From Candidatus Doudnabacteria bacterium (GTDB taxonomy: Bacteria > Patescibacteriota > Doudnabacteria > UBA920), in NCBI GenBank assembly GCA_003151625.1, contig PLYC01000021.1, forward strand, positions 16,235-80,234: 64,000 bases of DNA, in the 5' to 3' direction. Made by a program: the position numbers and the translations under genes. Every line of letters starts with the position of its first letter. Positions within the stretch are counted from its first letter, which is position 1. Below the pieces are notes generated by a model. That model was given only the letters and a program-made list of their open reading frames with translations. It made no database searches and was not told where the DNA came from. Positions 54,648-64,000 of this stretch are shown here, one piece after another.

Positions 54648-56833
54648 TCGAACTTGATAAAGCCTACGACCATTCCACGGTCGAAGAAAAAATTTATAAG
54701 ATGTGGGAGACTTCGGGATATTTTAATCCGGACAAGCTTCCGGGCGACCGTAAACAACCCTATACCATAATTATGCCCCCGCCGAATGCCAACGCTCCAA
54801 TGCATTTGGGGCACGCTTTGTTTGTGACCATAGAAGACATCCTAATAAGGTATAAAAGGATGCAAGGATACAAGACGCTATGGCAGCCGGGCACCGACCA
54901 CGCGGGTTTTGAAACCCAGGTGGTTTTTGAAAAAAAACTGGAAAAGGAAGGCCGGTCGCGTTTTAAAATGCAACGGGAAGAATTTTACAAGGAAATTTGG
55001 GAGTTTGTCCAAAGCAACAAGCATATAACAGAAAACGGACTGCGCCGTCTCGGAGCATCCTGCGATTGGGACAGGAACATTTTTACCCTGGACCCGGAAA
55101 TCGTAAGAATAGTCTACGCGACTTTTAAAAAAATGCACGAAGACGGGCTAATGTACCGCGGCGACCGCATTGGCAACTGGTGTTTTAAGCACCAAACCGC
55201 TTTGTCTGACTTGGAAACCAAATACGAAGAACGCGTTGAGCCATTTTATTATTTTAAATATGGCCCGTTTACCATAGGCACCAGCCGCCCGGAAACCAAG
55301 TTTGGTGACAAATACGTGGTTATGCATCCGAACGATAAACGTTACGCCCAATATAAAAACGGCGATACTTTTGAAGCGGAATGGATTAACGGGTCAATAA
55401 AGGCAACCATTATTAAAGACGAAGCCGTGGATATGGAATTCGGTAGTGGGGTTATGACTATTACGCCGTGGCATGATCCCGTGGACTTTGATTTGGCGCA
55501 AAAGCACAAGCTGGACAAAGAACAAATAATCGACAAATTTGGGAAGCTTTTGCCGATTGCCGGTGAGTTCGCGGGAATGAAAAACGCGATTGCCCGCCCT
55601 CTAATTGTGGAAAAATTAAAAAACAAAACCCTCCTGGTAAAAGTTGATGAGAATTACAAGCACAATGTAAATGTTTGCTATAAATGCGGCGCCATAATAG
55701 AGCCGCAAATAATCCCCCAGTGGTTCGTGGCTATGGCCAAACCGCTCCCCGATGGTCGGCCAAGCCTCCGCGATATGGCCATTAACGCCATAAAAAATAA
55801 GGAAGTAGAGATTGTCACGGAAAAATTCGAAAAAATTTTTATGCACTGGATGGAGAACCTCCGCGACTGGCCGGTAAGCAGGCAAATTTGGTGGGGAATC
55901 CCGATTCCGGTAAAATATTGTGTCGATTGCAAAGAGGTTATTGTAGACACGGACGATTCCATAAAAGTATGTCCAAAATGCCAATCACCCAAACTCGAAA
56001 AGGATCAGGATACTTTTGACACCTGGTTTTCCAGCGGTCAGTGGCCATATGCGACTTTAATGGCGAACGATGTTAAAAGAGGCACTAAGGACTTTGAAAA
56101 TTATTTTCCAACGCAAGTCATGGAAACCGGTTGGGATATTTTATTTTTCTGGGTGGCCAGAATGGTAATGATGTCGTATTACCGCACCGGAAAACAACCT
56201 TTTGAAAAAGTTTATTTGCATGGTTTGGTGCGAGACAAAGACCGGCAAAAAATGAGCAAAAGCAAAGGTAATGTTATTGACCCGCTTGGTGTTATTGATA
56301 CCTATGGCTGTGACGCTTTGCGCTTTGCGCTCATATTTTCCACCTCGGCCGGCAACGACATTCCCCTGGCTGAAGACAAAATTAAAGGCATGAAACATTT
56401 TGCCAACAAGCTTTGGAATATTGCGAGATACATTTTGGCAAATGTAAGTGTCCCCATTCCCCCCCTTGCAGAGGGGGGGCTAGGGGGGGTTACCGATGCA
56501 GACAAAGAGATTTTAACCAAACTCAATCAAACAATTAAAAATACCACGGTCCACCTGGATAATTTTCGCCTGCACGAAGCCGCCCAGGAAATTTACCAGT
56601 TTACCTGGCACGAGCTGGCGGATATTTACGTGGAAGCGTCCAAAAAACAGCTGGCTGATGAAACCTTAAAAGAAAATACCCAAAAATTGCTGCTGCATAA
56701 TTTAATTAACATCATAAAATTACTCCATCCGTTTATGCCATTCATTACCGAGGAACTTTGGGGAATACTGGGACAAGCCGATTTATTGGGTCGTCATGAC
56801 TTGCTAATAATTGAAAAATGGCCTATAGTATAA
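54644..56833 (+). CDS. valS: Valine--tRNA ligase, compact form (the ORF opens at 54620; the likely start is 54644, MIELDKAYD...)
   Basis: HIGH motif 'PNANAPMHLGHA' and 'WQPGTDHAGFETQ'. ValRS-specific 'TSRPETKFGD' and 'ITPWHDPVDFD'. 'KMSKSKGNVIDP'. Confidence 0.85.
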   Translation: MIELDKAYDHSTVEEKIYKMWETSGYFNPDKLPGDRKQPYTIIMPPPNANAPMHLGHALFVTIEDILIRYKRMQGYKTLWQPGTDHAGFETQVVFEKKLEKEGRSRFKMQREEFYKEIWEFVQSNKHITENGLRRLGASCDWDRNIFTLDPEIVRIVYATFKKMHEDGLMYRGDRIGNWCFKHQTALSDLETKYEERVEPFYYFKYGPFTIGTSRPETKFGDKYVVMHPNDKRYAQYKNGDTFEAEWINGSIKATIIKDEAVDMEFGSGVMTITPWHDPVDFDLAQKHKLDKEQIIDKFGKLLPIAGEFAGMKNAIARPLIVEKLKNKTLLVKVDENYKHNVNVCYKCGAIIEPQIIPQWFVAMAKPLPDGRPSLRDMAINAIKNKEVEIVTEKFEKIFMHWMENLRDWPVSRQIWWGIPIPVKYCVDCKEVIVDTDDSIKVCPKCQSPKLEKDQDTFDTWFSSGQWPYATLMANDVKRGTKDFENYFPTQVMETGWDILFFWVARMVMMSYYRTGKQPFEKVYLHGLVRDKDRQKMSKSKGNVIDPLGVIDTYGCDALRFALIFSTSAGNDIPLAEDKIKGMKHFANKLWNIARYILANVSVPIPPLAEGGLGGVTDADKEILTKLNQTIKNTTVHLDNFRLHEAAQEIYQFTWHELADIYVEASKKQLADETLKENTQKLLLHNLINIIKLLHPFMPFITEELWGILGQADLLGRHDLLIIEKWPIV
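56459..56490 (+). repeat. C7-ttgcaga-G7-ctag-G7 palindromic G/C-tract element inside valS, translated as 'PIPPLAEGGLGG'
   Basis: Direct read. It resembles the C6-TGT-G6 site at 9907-9921. Confidence 0.55.
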
Positions 56834-57054
56834 TTAATTACATGGTTGATTCAAAATACTTAACAGAATATCGCTGTCCGGGATGTCGCAAGCTTCTTTG
56901 TAAAGGTCTTTTAACAGACCAAAGCAATGTTTTGGAAGTAAAATGCCGCGGGTGTGGACAAATTTGCCAGTTTGCCGGTGAAGATGCCCACATTATCAGC
57001 GAACGCTCCGTGTTAATTAGGCAACGCCTTATACCGGATACCGACACCACCTAG
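56818..57054 (+). CDS. Small Com-like zinc-ribbon protein (78 aa)
   Basis: 'YRCPGCRKLLCKG...LEVKCRGCGQICQF' is a two-CxxC-pair pattern like the Mu Com translational regulator. Overlaps the valS 3' end by 16 bp. Confidence 0.35.
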   Translation: MAYSIINYMVDSKYLTEYRCPGCRKLLCKGLLTDQSNVLEVKCRGCGQICQFAGEDAHIISERSVLIRQRLIPDTDTT

Positions 57055-57064
57055 TATAAAATTT

Positions 57065-57100
57065 AAAACAGCGGACGCCATAGCGTCCGCTGTTTTTTTA
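57065..57100. terminator. Strong bidirectional rho-independent terminator
   Basis: aaaacagcggacgc-cata-gcgtccgctgttttttt. Confidence 0.8.
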
Positions 57101-57108
57101 TCTCTATA

Positions 57109-58308
57109 TTATTTAGCCAGGTATGCCTTTAAGCCTTCGCGCAAAATTTCCATGGCTTCTTTTAAGATCTTGCTGTCCAAAACATATGCCACGCGAATTT
57201 CGCTGTGGCCGCGGCCGGGCGTAATGTAAAAATCCTGCATCGGGGTAACCATTACGGTTTTACCTTTATAGCTAAATTCGCTAATCATAAACTTTACAAA
57301 ATCTTCGGACTCTTTTACCGGTATTTGTAAAGATTGATAAATCGCGCCCTGTGCCGGCTTAAACACCACGCCTGGAATTTTGGCCAAGCCTTCGGCTATA
57401 ACGTCGCGGCGCTTATGATATTCCTTAACCAGCTTTGTTACATAAGGTTTGCTGTTGTTTAAAACCGGGATTAAACCCAGCTGTTCCAGCGTCGGAGTGG
57501 ACAGCCTGGCCTGGGCAAACTTTAAAATGGTATGCATTACATCGGTGTTAAAACTTGCCACAACGCCTGTGCGCGCGCCCGGCATGGTAAAGCGCTTGCT
57601 GGCGCTGTCGCAGACTATTACGTACTCTCGGGCGGCTTTGTTGGCCAAAAGAGAAGTGGGTTTTTTGCCGTCAAAACGGATTTCACGGTAAGTCTCATCG
57701 GAAATTATAAATAGGTTGTGTTTTTTCGCAATGGCGACTACGGTATTCAGCTCTTTTTCCGTCCAGAGTTTTCCGGTCGGGTTGTCCGGATTAATTACCA
57801 CCACCGCTTTGGTTTTTTTGGTAATCTTTTTTTCTATTTCCGCGGCTGTGGGCAACGCGAAATTTTTTTCAAAAGGCAGCAGTACCGGCACCAGCTTAAT
57901 TCCGGTCATTACGGCAAAAGATTTATAGCTGGCATATAGCGGCTCAAAAACCAACAGCTCTTCGCCGGGGTCGCAAACCGCCTGCATGGCCAAAAGTATG
58001 GCCTCGGCACAGCCCACGGCAGGGATAATCCCGGACATCGGCAAATCTACGCCAAACTGCTTAAAATATGTTTGCCAGGCGGCCGTGTGCGCGGGAATTC
58101 CAGGGGACGGCGTATAAGGCAAAGTCTTTCCGGCATAAGCCCGAATAACTTTAAAAAAATCCTGCGGCGGCACCAAATCGGGATCACCAACATTAATTTT
58201 AATTACCTTTATCCCCTTTTTCTCCGTGGCCTGCACATAAGGCAAAAACTTGCGTATTGGCGAAGCAATAACATCTCTGCCCCTTTTTGAAACCTGCAAT
58301 TTAGACAT
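57109..58308 (-). CDS. PLP-dependent aminotransferase, class I/II (aspartate/aromatic aminotransferase family)
   Basis: 'NPDNPTGKLWT', and 'SASKRFTMPGARTG' (SK....G.R.G, the PLP-Lys motif). Confidence 0.85.
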   Translation of the reverse strand: MSKLQVSKRGRDVIASPIRKFLPYVQATEKKGIKVIKINVGDPDLVPPQDFFKVIRAYAGKTLPYTPSPGIPAHTAAWQTYFKQFGVDLPMSGIIPAVGCAEAILLAMQAVCDPGEELLVFEPLYASYKSFAVMTGIKLVPVLLPFEKNFALPTAAEIEKKITKKTKAVVVINPDNPTGKLWTEKELNTVVAIAKKHNLFIISDETYREIRFDGKKPTSLLANKAAREYVIVCDSASKRFTMPGARTGVVASFNTDVMHTILKFAQARLSTPTLEQLGLIPVLNNSKPYVTKLVKEYHKRRDVIAEGLAKIPGVVFKPAQGAIYQSLQIPVKESEDFVKFMISEFSYKGKTVMVTPMQDFYITPGRGHSEIRVAYVLDSKILKEAMEILREGLKAYLAK

Positions 58309-58463
58309 ATTTTGTTTATTTAAGGCTTAAATTTAAAAAGTATGATACTGTCATACAATTCAGTAAAACTATTATAACAAAAATCCCTGCTCTTTGATAG
58401 GGCAGGATTAAAAATCATTAAACTTTTATCATTATATATAACTCTGCCGCCAATTTTCTCCCT

Positions 58464-59090
58464 CTAAATAGAAGTTTCAAATATTTTCTTTACTAAACTT
58501 GTTCTTGCGTAAAAAGCACGGCTTATCGATCCATGACCCGCCCCTTTTGTTCGTGCTTGTATCCACTTCCCATCTGAGCCTGTAAGACTGGCAAAACCTT
58601 TTTTTATTAGCTTATTTCTTATAAGATCGTAATCAGCCTTTATCTCTTTAATCAGCTCGTCTGTTTCGGCAAAATCCAGACTAGTTACTTTTATCAATTC
58701 TGCTTTTTCTGCATTTTTTCCATACCACATTACCGCACAAAAAATTATGGATTTTAGTTTAGACCAGCAATGACTTTTATAGAACTCATTGTCTTTAAGC
58801 TCTTGCGGATTAATCATTGTTATTGCCATGGTCTCTTTTGGCACGAGCAGGTTTTTTACATTGTGAAAACTTACGGACTTTAATTCCCAAGAAAGTCCAT
58901 TTGGAGCTTTGGACACATTATTTTCCAAACCGGCTAGCCTTTCTAAAATTAAACCTTTCCAACCTTTGTTTTGTTTTCCCGTCTCATATGTTGTAATTTT
59001 AAAATTCTTAGCAAGTTTTCTCAAATCCTTGCCTATATATTTATTTAAGTTCTTTATTGCAACTGCTCTAGTAATAATTTTCTTAGGCAT
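58464..59090 (-). CDS. MutH/Sau3AI-family endonuclease (probable GATC-type restriction endonuclease or MutH homologue)
   Basis: Collinear with E. coli MutH: 'NKGWKGLILERLAGL' (cf. DKGWIGVLLEIWLG), 'GLSWELKS' (cf. GVELKT), 'WIQARTK' (cf. YLQIRPK) and 'RAFYARTSLVKKIF' (cf. RGFYLKKNFTSALL). Confidence 0.65.
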   Translation of the reverse strand: MPKKIITRAVAIKNLNKYIGKDLRKLAKNFKITTYETGKQNKGWKGLILERLAGLENNVSKAPNGLSWELKSVSFHNVKNLLVPKETMAITMINPQELKDNEFYKSHCWSKLKSIIFCAVMWYGKNAEKAELIKVTSLDFAETDELIKEIKADYDLIRNKLIKKGFASLTGSDGKWIQARTKGAGHGSISRAFYARTSLVKKIFETSI

Positions 59091-59093
59091 AAA

Positions 59094-60014
59094 TTACTTA
59101 AATAATTCTTCCTGCTTCATTGAAAGTCTATTTGCCATAATTTCTACTTGTTTTTTACTAGGAGCTTTATTATAAACCTGATTTAGCTCTTTAATTAGAC
59201 TTTCCAATTCGGCGTGCCTCTTAATAGACAGATCCAAATATTTCTTCTCCATATCTATACCAATAAACTTACGTTTAAAAGCGCTGGCCGCTATGCCGGT
59301 GGTGGAACTTCCGGTAAAAGGATCTAAGACTACGTCCCCTTCTTTGGTGCTGGCCAACACAATGCGTTTAAGCAAATCTATTGGTTTTTGTGTTGGATGT
59401 TTGCCAAAGTGTTTTTCAGCCTTTCTTGGAGTAAGAATTGACCAAACGGAGCGCATTTGCAAACCCTCTTTTTTTAAAAAGTCTTCAGGCCACTGGCCAT
59501 TCTTCATCAAATCATAGTTAAAAGTATGTTTGGCCTTTTTGTCTTTGCGTGCCCATATAATTGTTTCGTGGCTGGCGGTAAAAAACCGGCAGCTTAAATT
59601 TGGCGAGGCGTTTGGTTTAAACCAGGAAATGTCGTTTAAAATATGGTAACCCAAAGACTGAAGGGCGTGGCCGCACTGGTAAATAGAGTGATAAGTTCCG
59701 CTAACCCAAAGGCTACCTTCCGGTTTTAAGACCCTTTTACAGGCTTCCATCCATTTGTAGTGAAAATCGTAATCATCTTGAAAACCTCTGCTTTTGTCCC
59801 AGTCCCCTTTATTCACGCTAACCATTCTTCCTGCGTGCACGGAAAAGCCTCCGTTAGAAAGGTTGTACGGAGGGTCAGCAAAAATCATATCTACGCTATT
59901 TTCCGGAAGCTGGCTTAAAACATCCAAGCAGTTTGAGTGGTACAAAACAAAATTATCCTTCGTGAAATAAGGCTTTTGGGCGACATTTGATAGGATTTTC
60001 GCTCCGGTTTCCAT
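59094..60014 (-). CDS. Beta-class N6-adenine/N4-cytosine DNA methyltransferase (the ORF extends to 60059; the likely start is METGAK)
   Basis: Motif IV 'DMIFADPPYNLS' precedes motif I 'VVLDPFTGSSTTGIAA'. 4-bp gap to the endonuclease gene. Confidence 0.85.
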   Translation of the reverse strand: METGAKILSNVAQKPYFTKDNFVLYHSNCLDVLSQLPENSVDMIFADPPYNLSNGGFSVHAGRMVSVNKGDWDKSRGFQDDYDFHYKWMEACKRVLKPEGSLWVSGTYHSIYQCGHALQSLGYHILNDISWFKPNASPNLSCRFFTASHETIIWARKDKKAKHTFNYDLMKNGQWPEDFLKKEGLQMRSVWSILTPRKAEKHFGKHPTQKPIDLLKRIVLASTKEGDVVLDPFTGSSTTGIAASAFKRKFIGIDMEKKYLDLSIKRHAELESLIKELNQVYNKAPSKKQVEIMANRLSMKQEELFK

Positions 60015-60115
60015 TTTTTTTCTTTTGTTGATTTTTCGTCTTTTTTTCATAGTATACAATCGTTCACCTTATGTCAAGTGGATAACTTTTAAGACTTTTA
60101 TACAGTTATTCTATC

Positions 60116-60146
60116 AAAAAACCCCGCTCTTTACGAGCGGGGTTTT
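60116..60146. terminator. Rho-independent terminator downstream of rpoC
   Basis: aaaaaccccgctc-tttac-gagcggggttttt. Confidence 0.7.
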
Positions 60147-60183
60147 TGTTGCCGATGTTATAGTTATCAATTATCGTTCTCCC

Positions 60184-63100
60184 CTACTCCCCTTCTTCCA
60201 CCATACTGGCGGCGGCGGAGACTTCAAGTTGGAGGTTTTCTTTGGCAATTTGGTCGGTAAAACCGGTACCGGCAGGAATTAATTTACCGATAATTACATT
60301 CTCTTTTAGGCCTCTTAAATAGTCGGTCTTGCCAGTAACAGCGGCTTCGATAAGCACGCGGGTTGTTTCCTGGAAAGAAGCGGCGGCTAAAAAGGAATCG
60401 GTGTTCAAGGAAACTTTGGTAATTCCCATTAGCAACTGCTCGGATGCCACAGGGCGCTTGCCCGCAGCCTTAAGCTCTTCGTTAATAAAACCGAGCTTGG
60501 CTTTGTCGGCGACTTCGCCAACCGTTAGTTCGCTCTCGCCGGAATCGGTTATTCTGACTTTGCTGAACATTTGCTTCACAATTATTTCAATGTGCTTGTC
60601 ATGAATGTTCTGCCCCTGAGAAACGTAAATATCCTGAACTTCCTTAACAATATATTTTTGTGCCGGTTCTAAACCGCGTAGAACCATTATTTGTCCCGGA
60701 TTTAAGTTGCCTTCGGTTAACTGCTGACCCTGAGTCACCAAGTCTCCGTCTTTAACCACAAGCGACAAAGTTGCCGGAATAATATATTCCTTCACCTGAT
60801 CGCTTTCGTGCACCACAATAATGTGGCCTTTTTCCAAGCGCACCAACCCGGCTGTTTTGGCTTTAATGGCTTTGCCGGCTTCGTCTATGTATAAAGTTTC
60901 GCCGGACTCCACCTTAATACCGTCTTTAATGGTGGATTGCGCCTGCCCCAAAGTGTAATTGTCTTTGGTAACATCCGCACCCTGGATTCTGACAATAAAT
61001 TCTTTATTATTTGGTTTGGCAATATACACCTGGCCGTCGATTTCCGAGACATAAGCCTGTCCTTTTGGTTCTCTGGCTTCAAACAACTCTTCCACTCTCG
61101 GAAGACCCTGGGTAATATCTTTAACCGAGGCCGAGCCCCCTGTGTGGAAGGTTCTCATGGTCAGCTGGGTACCCGGTTCACCAATAGATTGAGCGGCCAC
61201 AATACCCACGGCCGCGCCAAGGCGCACCATATCGTTAAAGCCCAAATCATAACCGTAGCACAAGCGGCAAACTCCGCGTGACAGTTTGCACTTTAAAACG
61301 CTGCGGCATTTAACTTCCTCAATACCAGCGTCGGTAATTTCTTTGGCCTGGATGTCGTCTATGCCGTGATTTTTTTCCACAATCACCTTGCCGCTCTTAT
61401 CTTTTAAATCCTCGGCAACCACGCGGCCGAACAACCTTCTGTCGAACGGTTTGTTCATGCGCTTGCTGTCTTCCTGCGTTATTAAATCGTAATCTTCCGT
61501 GCCACAGTCTTCGCTGTTAACCACAATGTCCTGGGCTACGTCTACCAGACGGCGGGTAAGATACCCGGCATCGGCTGTACGCATAGCGGTATCGGACATT
61601 CCTTTTCTGCTGCCGTGAGTGGAAATAAAATATTCCAAAACGTTTAATCCTTCTTTAAAACTGCCTTTAACCGGAAGTTCAATAACATCGCCGGCCGGGT
61701 TAACCACCAAGCCTTTCATTCCGGACATTTGGGTAATTTGAGAAAACGACCCTCTGGCGCCGGAAGATACAAAGTAATTGACGCTGCCGTATTCAGCCAC
61801 CGTGCCGTTAACCGACTTGGCGATTTTTTCCGAAACATCGGCCCAAATTTCCACCACGCGGTTATAACGCTCGTCTTCGGTAAGCAACCCTTCCTGATAC
61901 TGCTGATAAGTTCCTTCCACTTCCCCATCGGCAATTTTTAACGTTTCATATTTTCCCGGCGGAACCAGCAGGTCGTCCATGCCCCAGGACAATCCGGATT
62001 TCTTCATATAGTAAAAACCCGTGCGCTTAATTTCATCAATTAATTCCGCGGTTTTTTCATTGCCCAGCAGACGGTGCGCTTCGCGCACTAAGCCCTGAAG
62101 TTTCTTTTTGTCAAAATTATCGTTTCTAAAACCAAGTTCTTTGGGTACAACTTTGTTAAAAATCAAACGGCCAACAGAGGTTTCCACGGTTTCGCCGCTT
62201 TCTATTCTAACTTTAACTTTGGCCTGAATGTGAACATAACCGTTGTTGTAAGCCATAATAGCTTCGCTTGGGGAAGAAAATATTTTTCCTTCGCCCTTTT
62301 GGCCGGGATGGATTCTGGTAATGTAATAACAGCCCACAACCACGTCTTTGTCCGGAGTCATAACCGGGTCACCGGAAGCAGGCTTGAGCAGGTTGTGCGC
62401 GGAGACCATAATTTCGCGCGCTTCCTTTTGGGCGGCTTCGGTTAACGGCACGTGCACGGCCATTTGGTCGCCGTCAAAGTCCGCGTTAAATGCGGCACAA
62501 ACCATTGGGTGCAGTTGAATGGCTTTTCCTTCTATTAATACCGGCTGGAAAGCCTGGAAGCCCAAACGGTGCAAGGTAGGAGCGCGGTTAAGCAACACGT
62601 AATGGTCTTTAGTAACTTCTTCCAAAATATCATAGACTTCGGTTCTGCCCTGCTCGATTAAACGGTTGGCACTGCGCACGTTGTGCGCAAACTCGCGGCC
62701 TATAAGCTTGCTAATGACAAAAGGTTTAAACAATTCCAAAGCCATCATTTTTGGCAAACCACACTGATGCAAGCGCAAGCGAGGACCCACCACAATAACA
62801 CTGCGTCCGGAATAGTCCACGCGCTTACCGAGGAGGTTCTGGCGAAAACGCCCCTGCTTGCCTTTAAGCATGTCGGCCAGGGAGCGCAATTTTCTTTTTT
62901 GGCCCGTGCTAGCGGTAACTTCCTTGCCGTGGCGGATGCTGTTGTCTATAAGCGCGTCCACCGCTTCCTGAAGCATGCGTTTTTCGTTTCTGGTAATAAC
63001 TTCCGGGGCCTTAATTTCCAAAAGTTTCTTTAAGCGATTGTTACGGTTGATAACACGGCGGTATAAATCGTTTAAGTCCGAAGCGGCAAAGCGTCCGCCG

Positions 63101-64000
63101 TCTAACTGAACCATTGGGCGCAGATCCGGCGGAATAACCGGCAACATGGTAATTAACATCCATTCGGGGCGCAGACCGGAATTAATTAAAGATTTTACCA
63201 GCTTCATGCGCTTAAGAACTTTCCTTTCGGCTTGTCCTTCCAAATTCGGCAAAGCGGTTTGCAAATCCAAAAGCAGCTGCTCCAGATTCACTTCTTCCAA
63301 AAGTCCTTTTATGCCCTCGGCGCCAATAGAGGCGTTAAAAACCGGTCCGTACTTTAAAGACAAATCACGATATTGCAGTTCGCTGATGATTTGCATTTTT
63401 TTAATGGACTTTAGCTCGCTACGCGCCTGATCGCGGATGCTCTCCAAAGCTTCCAGCTCTTTGCCCCAGGCGTCTTTGAGGCGGGTAACTTCGGTGTCAA
63501 TTTCTGCCTGTAAAACATCCGGATCTTTTTGAGCGAATTTTTGCCCAATGGCGCTTTTAGATTTGCCAATAAGCGTTTCAAATTTTTCTTCTATGACTTT
63601 TTTCTTGGCTTTAAATTCGTGCTCAATTTGTTCCAGTGTAGACATGCGGGCTTCTTCGTCTACGGAATTAATAATGTAGGCGGCAAAGTAAACCACCTTC
63701 TCCAGTTCCTGTACGCCCAAATCCAAAATAAGTCCCAAGCGCGATGGCACGCCGCGCAAAAACCAAATGTGCGCGGTCGGCACGGCCAATTTAATATGAC
63801 CCATTCTTTCGCGCCTGACCGAAGACTTGGTAACTTCCACGCCGCACTTGTCGCAAACAATTCCTTTATAACGAATCCTCTTATATTTGCCGCAATAACA
63901 TTCCCAGTCCTTAATGGGACCAAAAATCTTTTCATCAAAAAGCCCGTCCTTTTCCGGACGTTGTGTTCTATAGTTAATGGTTTCCGGCTTAGTGACCTCC
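60184..64000 (-). CDS. rpoC: DNA-directed RNA polymerase subunit beta' (3' portion; the 5' end is beyond the window)
   Basis: '[12 protein letters not shown]', and a zinc finger '[23 protein letters not shown]'. Hand translation of 63841-64000 stays in the same frame, so the gene runs off the window edge. Confidence 0.95.
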   Translation of the reverse strand, partial: EVTKPETINYRTQRPEKDGLFDEKIFGPIKDWECYCGKYKRIRYKGIVCDKCGVEVTKSSVRRERMGHIKLAVPTAHIWFLRGVPSRLGLILDLGVQELEKVVYFAAYIINSVDEEARMSTLEQIEHEFKAKKKVIEEKFETLIGKSKSAIGQKFAQKDPDVLQAEIDTEVTRLKDAWGKELEALESIRDQARSELKSIKKMQIISELQYRDLSLKYGPVFNASIGAEGIKGLLEEVNLEQLLLDLQTALPNLEGQAERKVLKRMKLVKSLINSGLRPEWMLITMLPVIPPDLRPMVQLDGGRFAASDLNDLYRRVINRNNRLKKLLEIKAPEVITRNEKRMLQEAVDALIDNSIRHGKEVTASTGQKRKLRSLADMLKGKQGRFRQNLLGKRVDYSGRSVIVVGPRLRLHQCGLPKMMALELFKPFVISKLIGREFAHNVRSANRLIEQGRTEVYDILEEVTKDHYVLLNRAPTLHRLGFQAFQPVLIEGKAIQLHPMVCAAFNADFDGDQMAVHVPLTEAAQKEAREIMVSAHNLLKPASGDPVMTPDKDVVVGCYYITRIHPGQKGEGKIFSSPSEAIMAYNNGYVHIQAKVKVRIESGETVETSVGRLIFNKVVPKELGFRNDNFDKKKLQGLVREAHRLLGNEKTAELIDEIKRTGFYYMKKSGLSWGMDDLLVPPGKYETLKIADGEVEGTYQQYQEGLLTEDERYNRVVEIWADVSEKIAKSVNGTVAEYGSVNYFVSSGARGSFSQITQMSGMKGLVVNPAGDVIELPVKGSFKEGLNVLEYFISTHGSRKGMSDTAMRTADAGYLTRRLVDVAQDIVVNSEDCGTEDYDLITQEDSKRMNKPFDRRLFGRVVAEDLKDKSGKVIVEKNHGIDDIQAKEITDAGIEEVKCRSVLKCKLSRGVCRLCYGYDLGFNDMVRLGAAVGIVAAQSIGEPGTQLTMRTFHTGGSASVKDITQGLPRVEELFEAREPKGQAYVSEIDGQVYIAKPNNKEFIVRIQGADVTKDNYTLGQAQSTIKDGIKVESGETLYIDEAGKAIKAKTAGLVRLEKGHIIVVHESDQVKEYIIPATLSLVVKDGDLVTQGQQLTEGNLNPGQIMVLRGLEPAQKYIVKEVQDIYVSQGQNIHDKHIEIIVKQMFSKVRITDSGESELTVGEVADKAKLGFINEELKAAGKRPVASEQLLMGITKVSLNTDSFLAAASFQETTRVLIEAAVTGKTDYLRGLKENVIIGKLIPAGTGFTDQIAKENLQLEVSAAASMVEEGE

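Noticed and set aside
63660-63938. 92-aa minus-strand ORF at the window edge
   Set aside because: It is out of frame within rpoC. Hand translation shows the rpoC frame continues uninterrupted through the zinc finger ([20 protein letters not shown]) to the window end.

Overview
The window reads like a compact, gene-dense bacterial genome with short intergenic spacers and many small hypothetical membrane or secreted proteins. It is probably a Patescibacteria/CPR-like organism; that is an inference from gene content and style, not a computed classification.

Housekeeping genes are clear:
- (rpsF tail?)-ssb-rpsR and efp
- gdhA, trxB, ribF-like kinase and htrA
- clpP, nusA, rny-ymdB and queF-cydAB
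- tsaD, valS, an aminotransferase and the 3' ~3.8 kb of rpoC

A low-GC defence/mobile island of about 15 kb (~23.9-39.1 kb) abuts a tRNA-Glu(UUC). Low GC is judged by eye, not computed. In order it carries:
- a large serine recombinase
- a complete Type I R-M system (hsdR, hsdS, hsdM) with an uncharacterised 488-aa HEPN-motif gene sitting between hsdS and hsdR, the position prrC occupies in prr loci
- an AbiEi/AbiEii pair
- a RadC-like JAB protein
- a further HEPN-motif protein with a small partner
- two copies of a conserved ~160-bp structured intergenic module

Elsewhere there is a HepT/MntA toxin-antitoxin pair. A MutH/Sau3AI-like endonuclease with a beta-class DNA methyltransferase lies next to rpoC. 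A CsoR-like regulator has a C6-TGT-G6 candidate operator nearby. A higher-GC block (by eye) carries lctP and a DinD/Bro-N-like gene.

Several repeat families are visible: a ~200-bp MITE-like element in three copies; a ~63-bp palindromic element inserted in-frame into both nusA and tsaD; ~80-bp promoter-proximal repeats; and a recurrent ATTCGT hexamer.

No rRNA genes or CRISPR array were seen. All coordinates are read by eye from the sequence and the ORF track.
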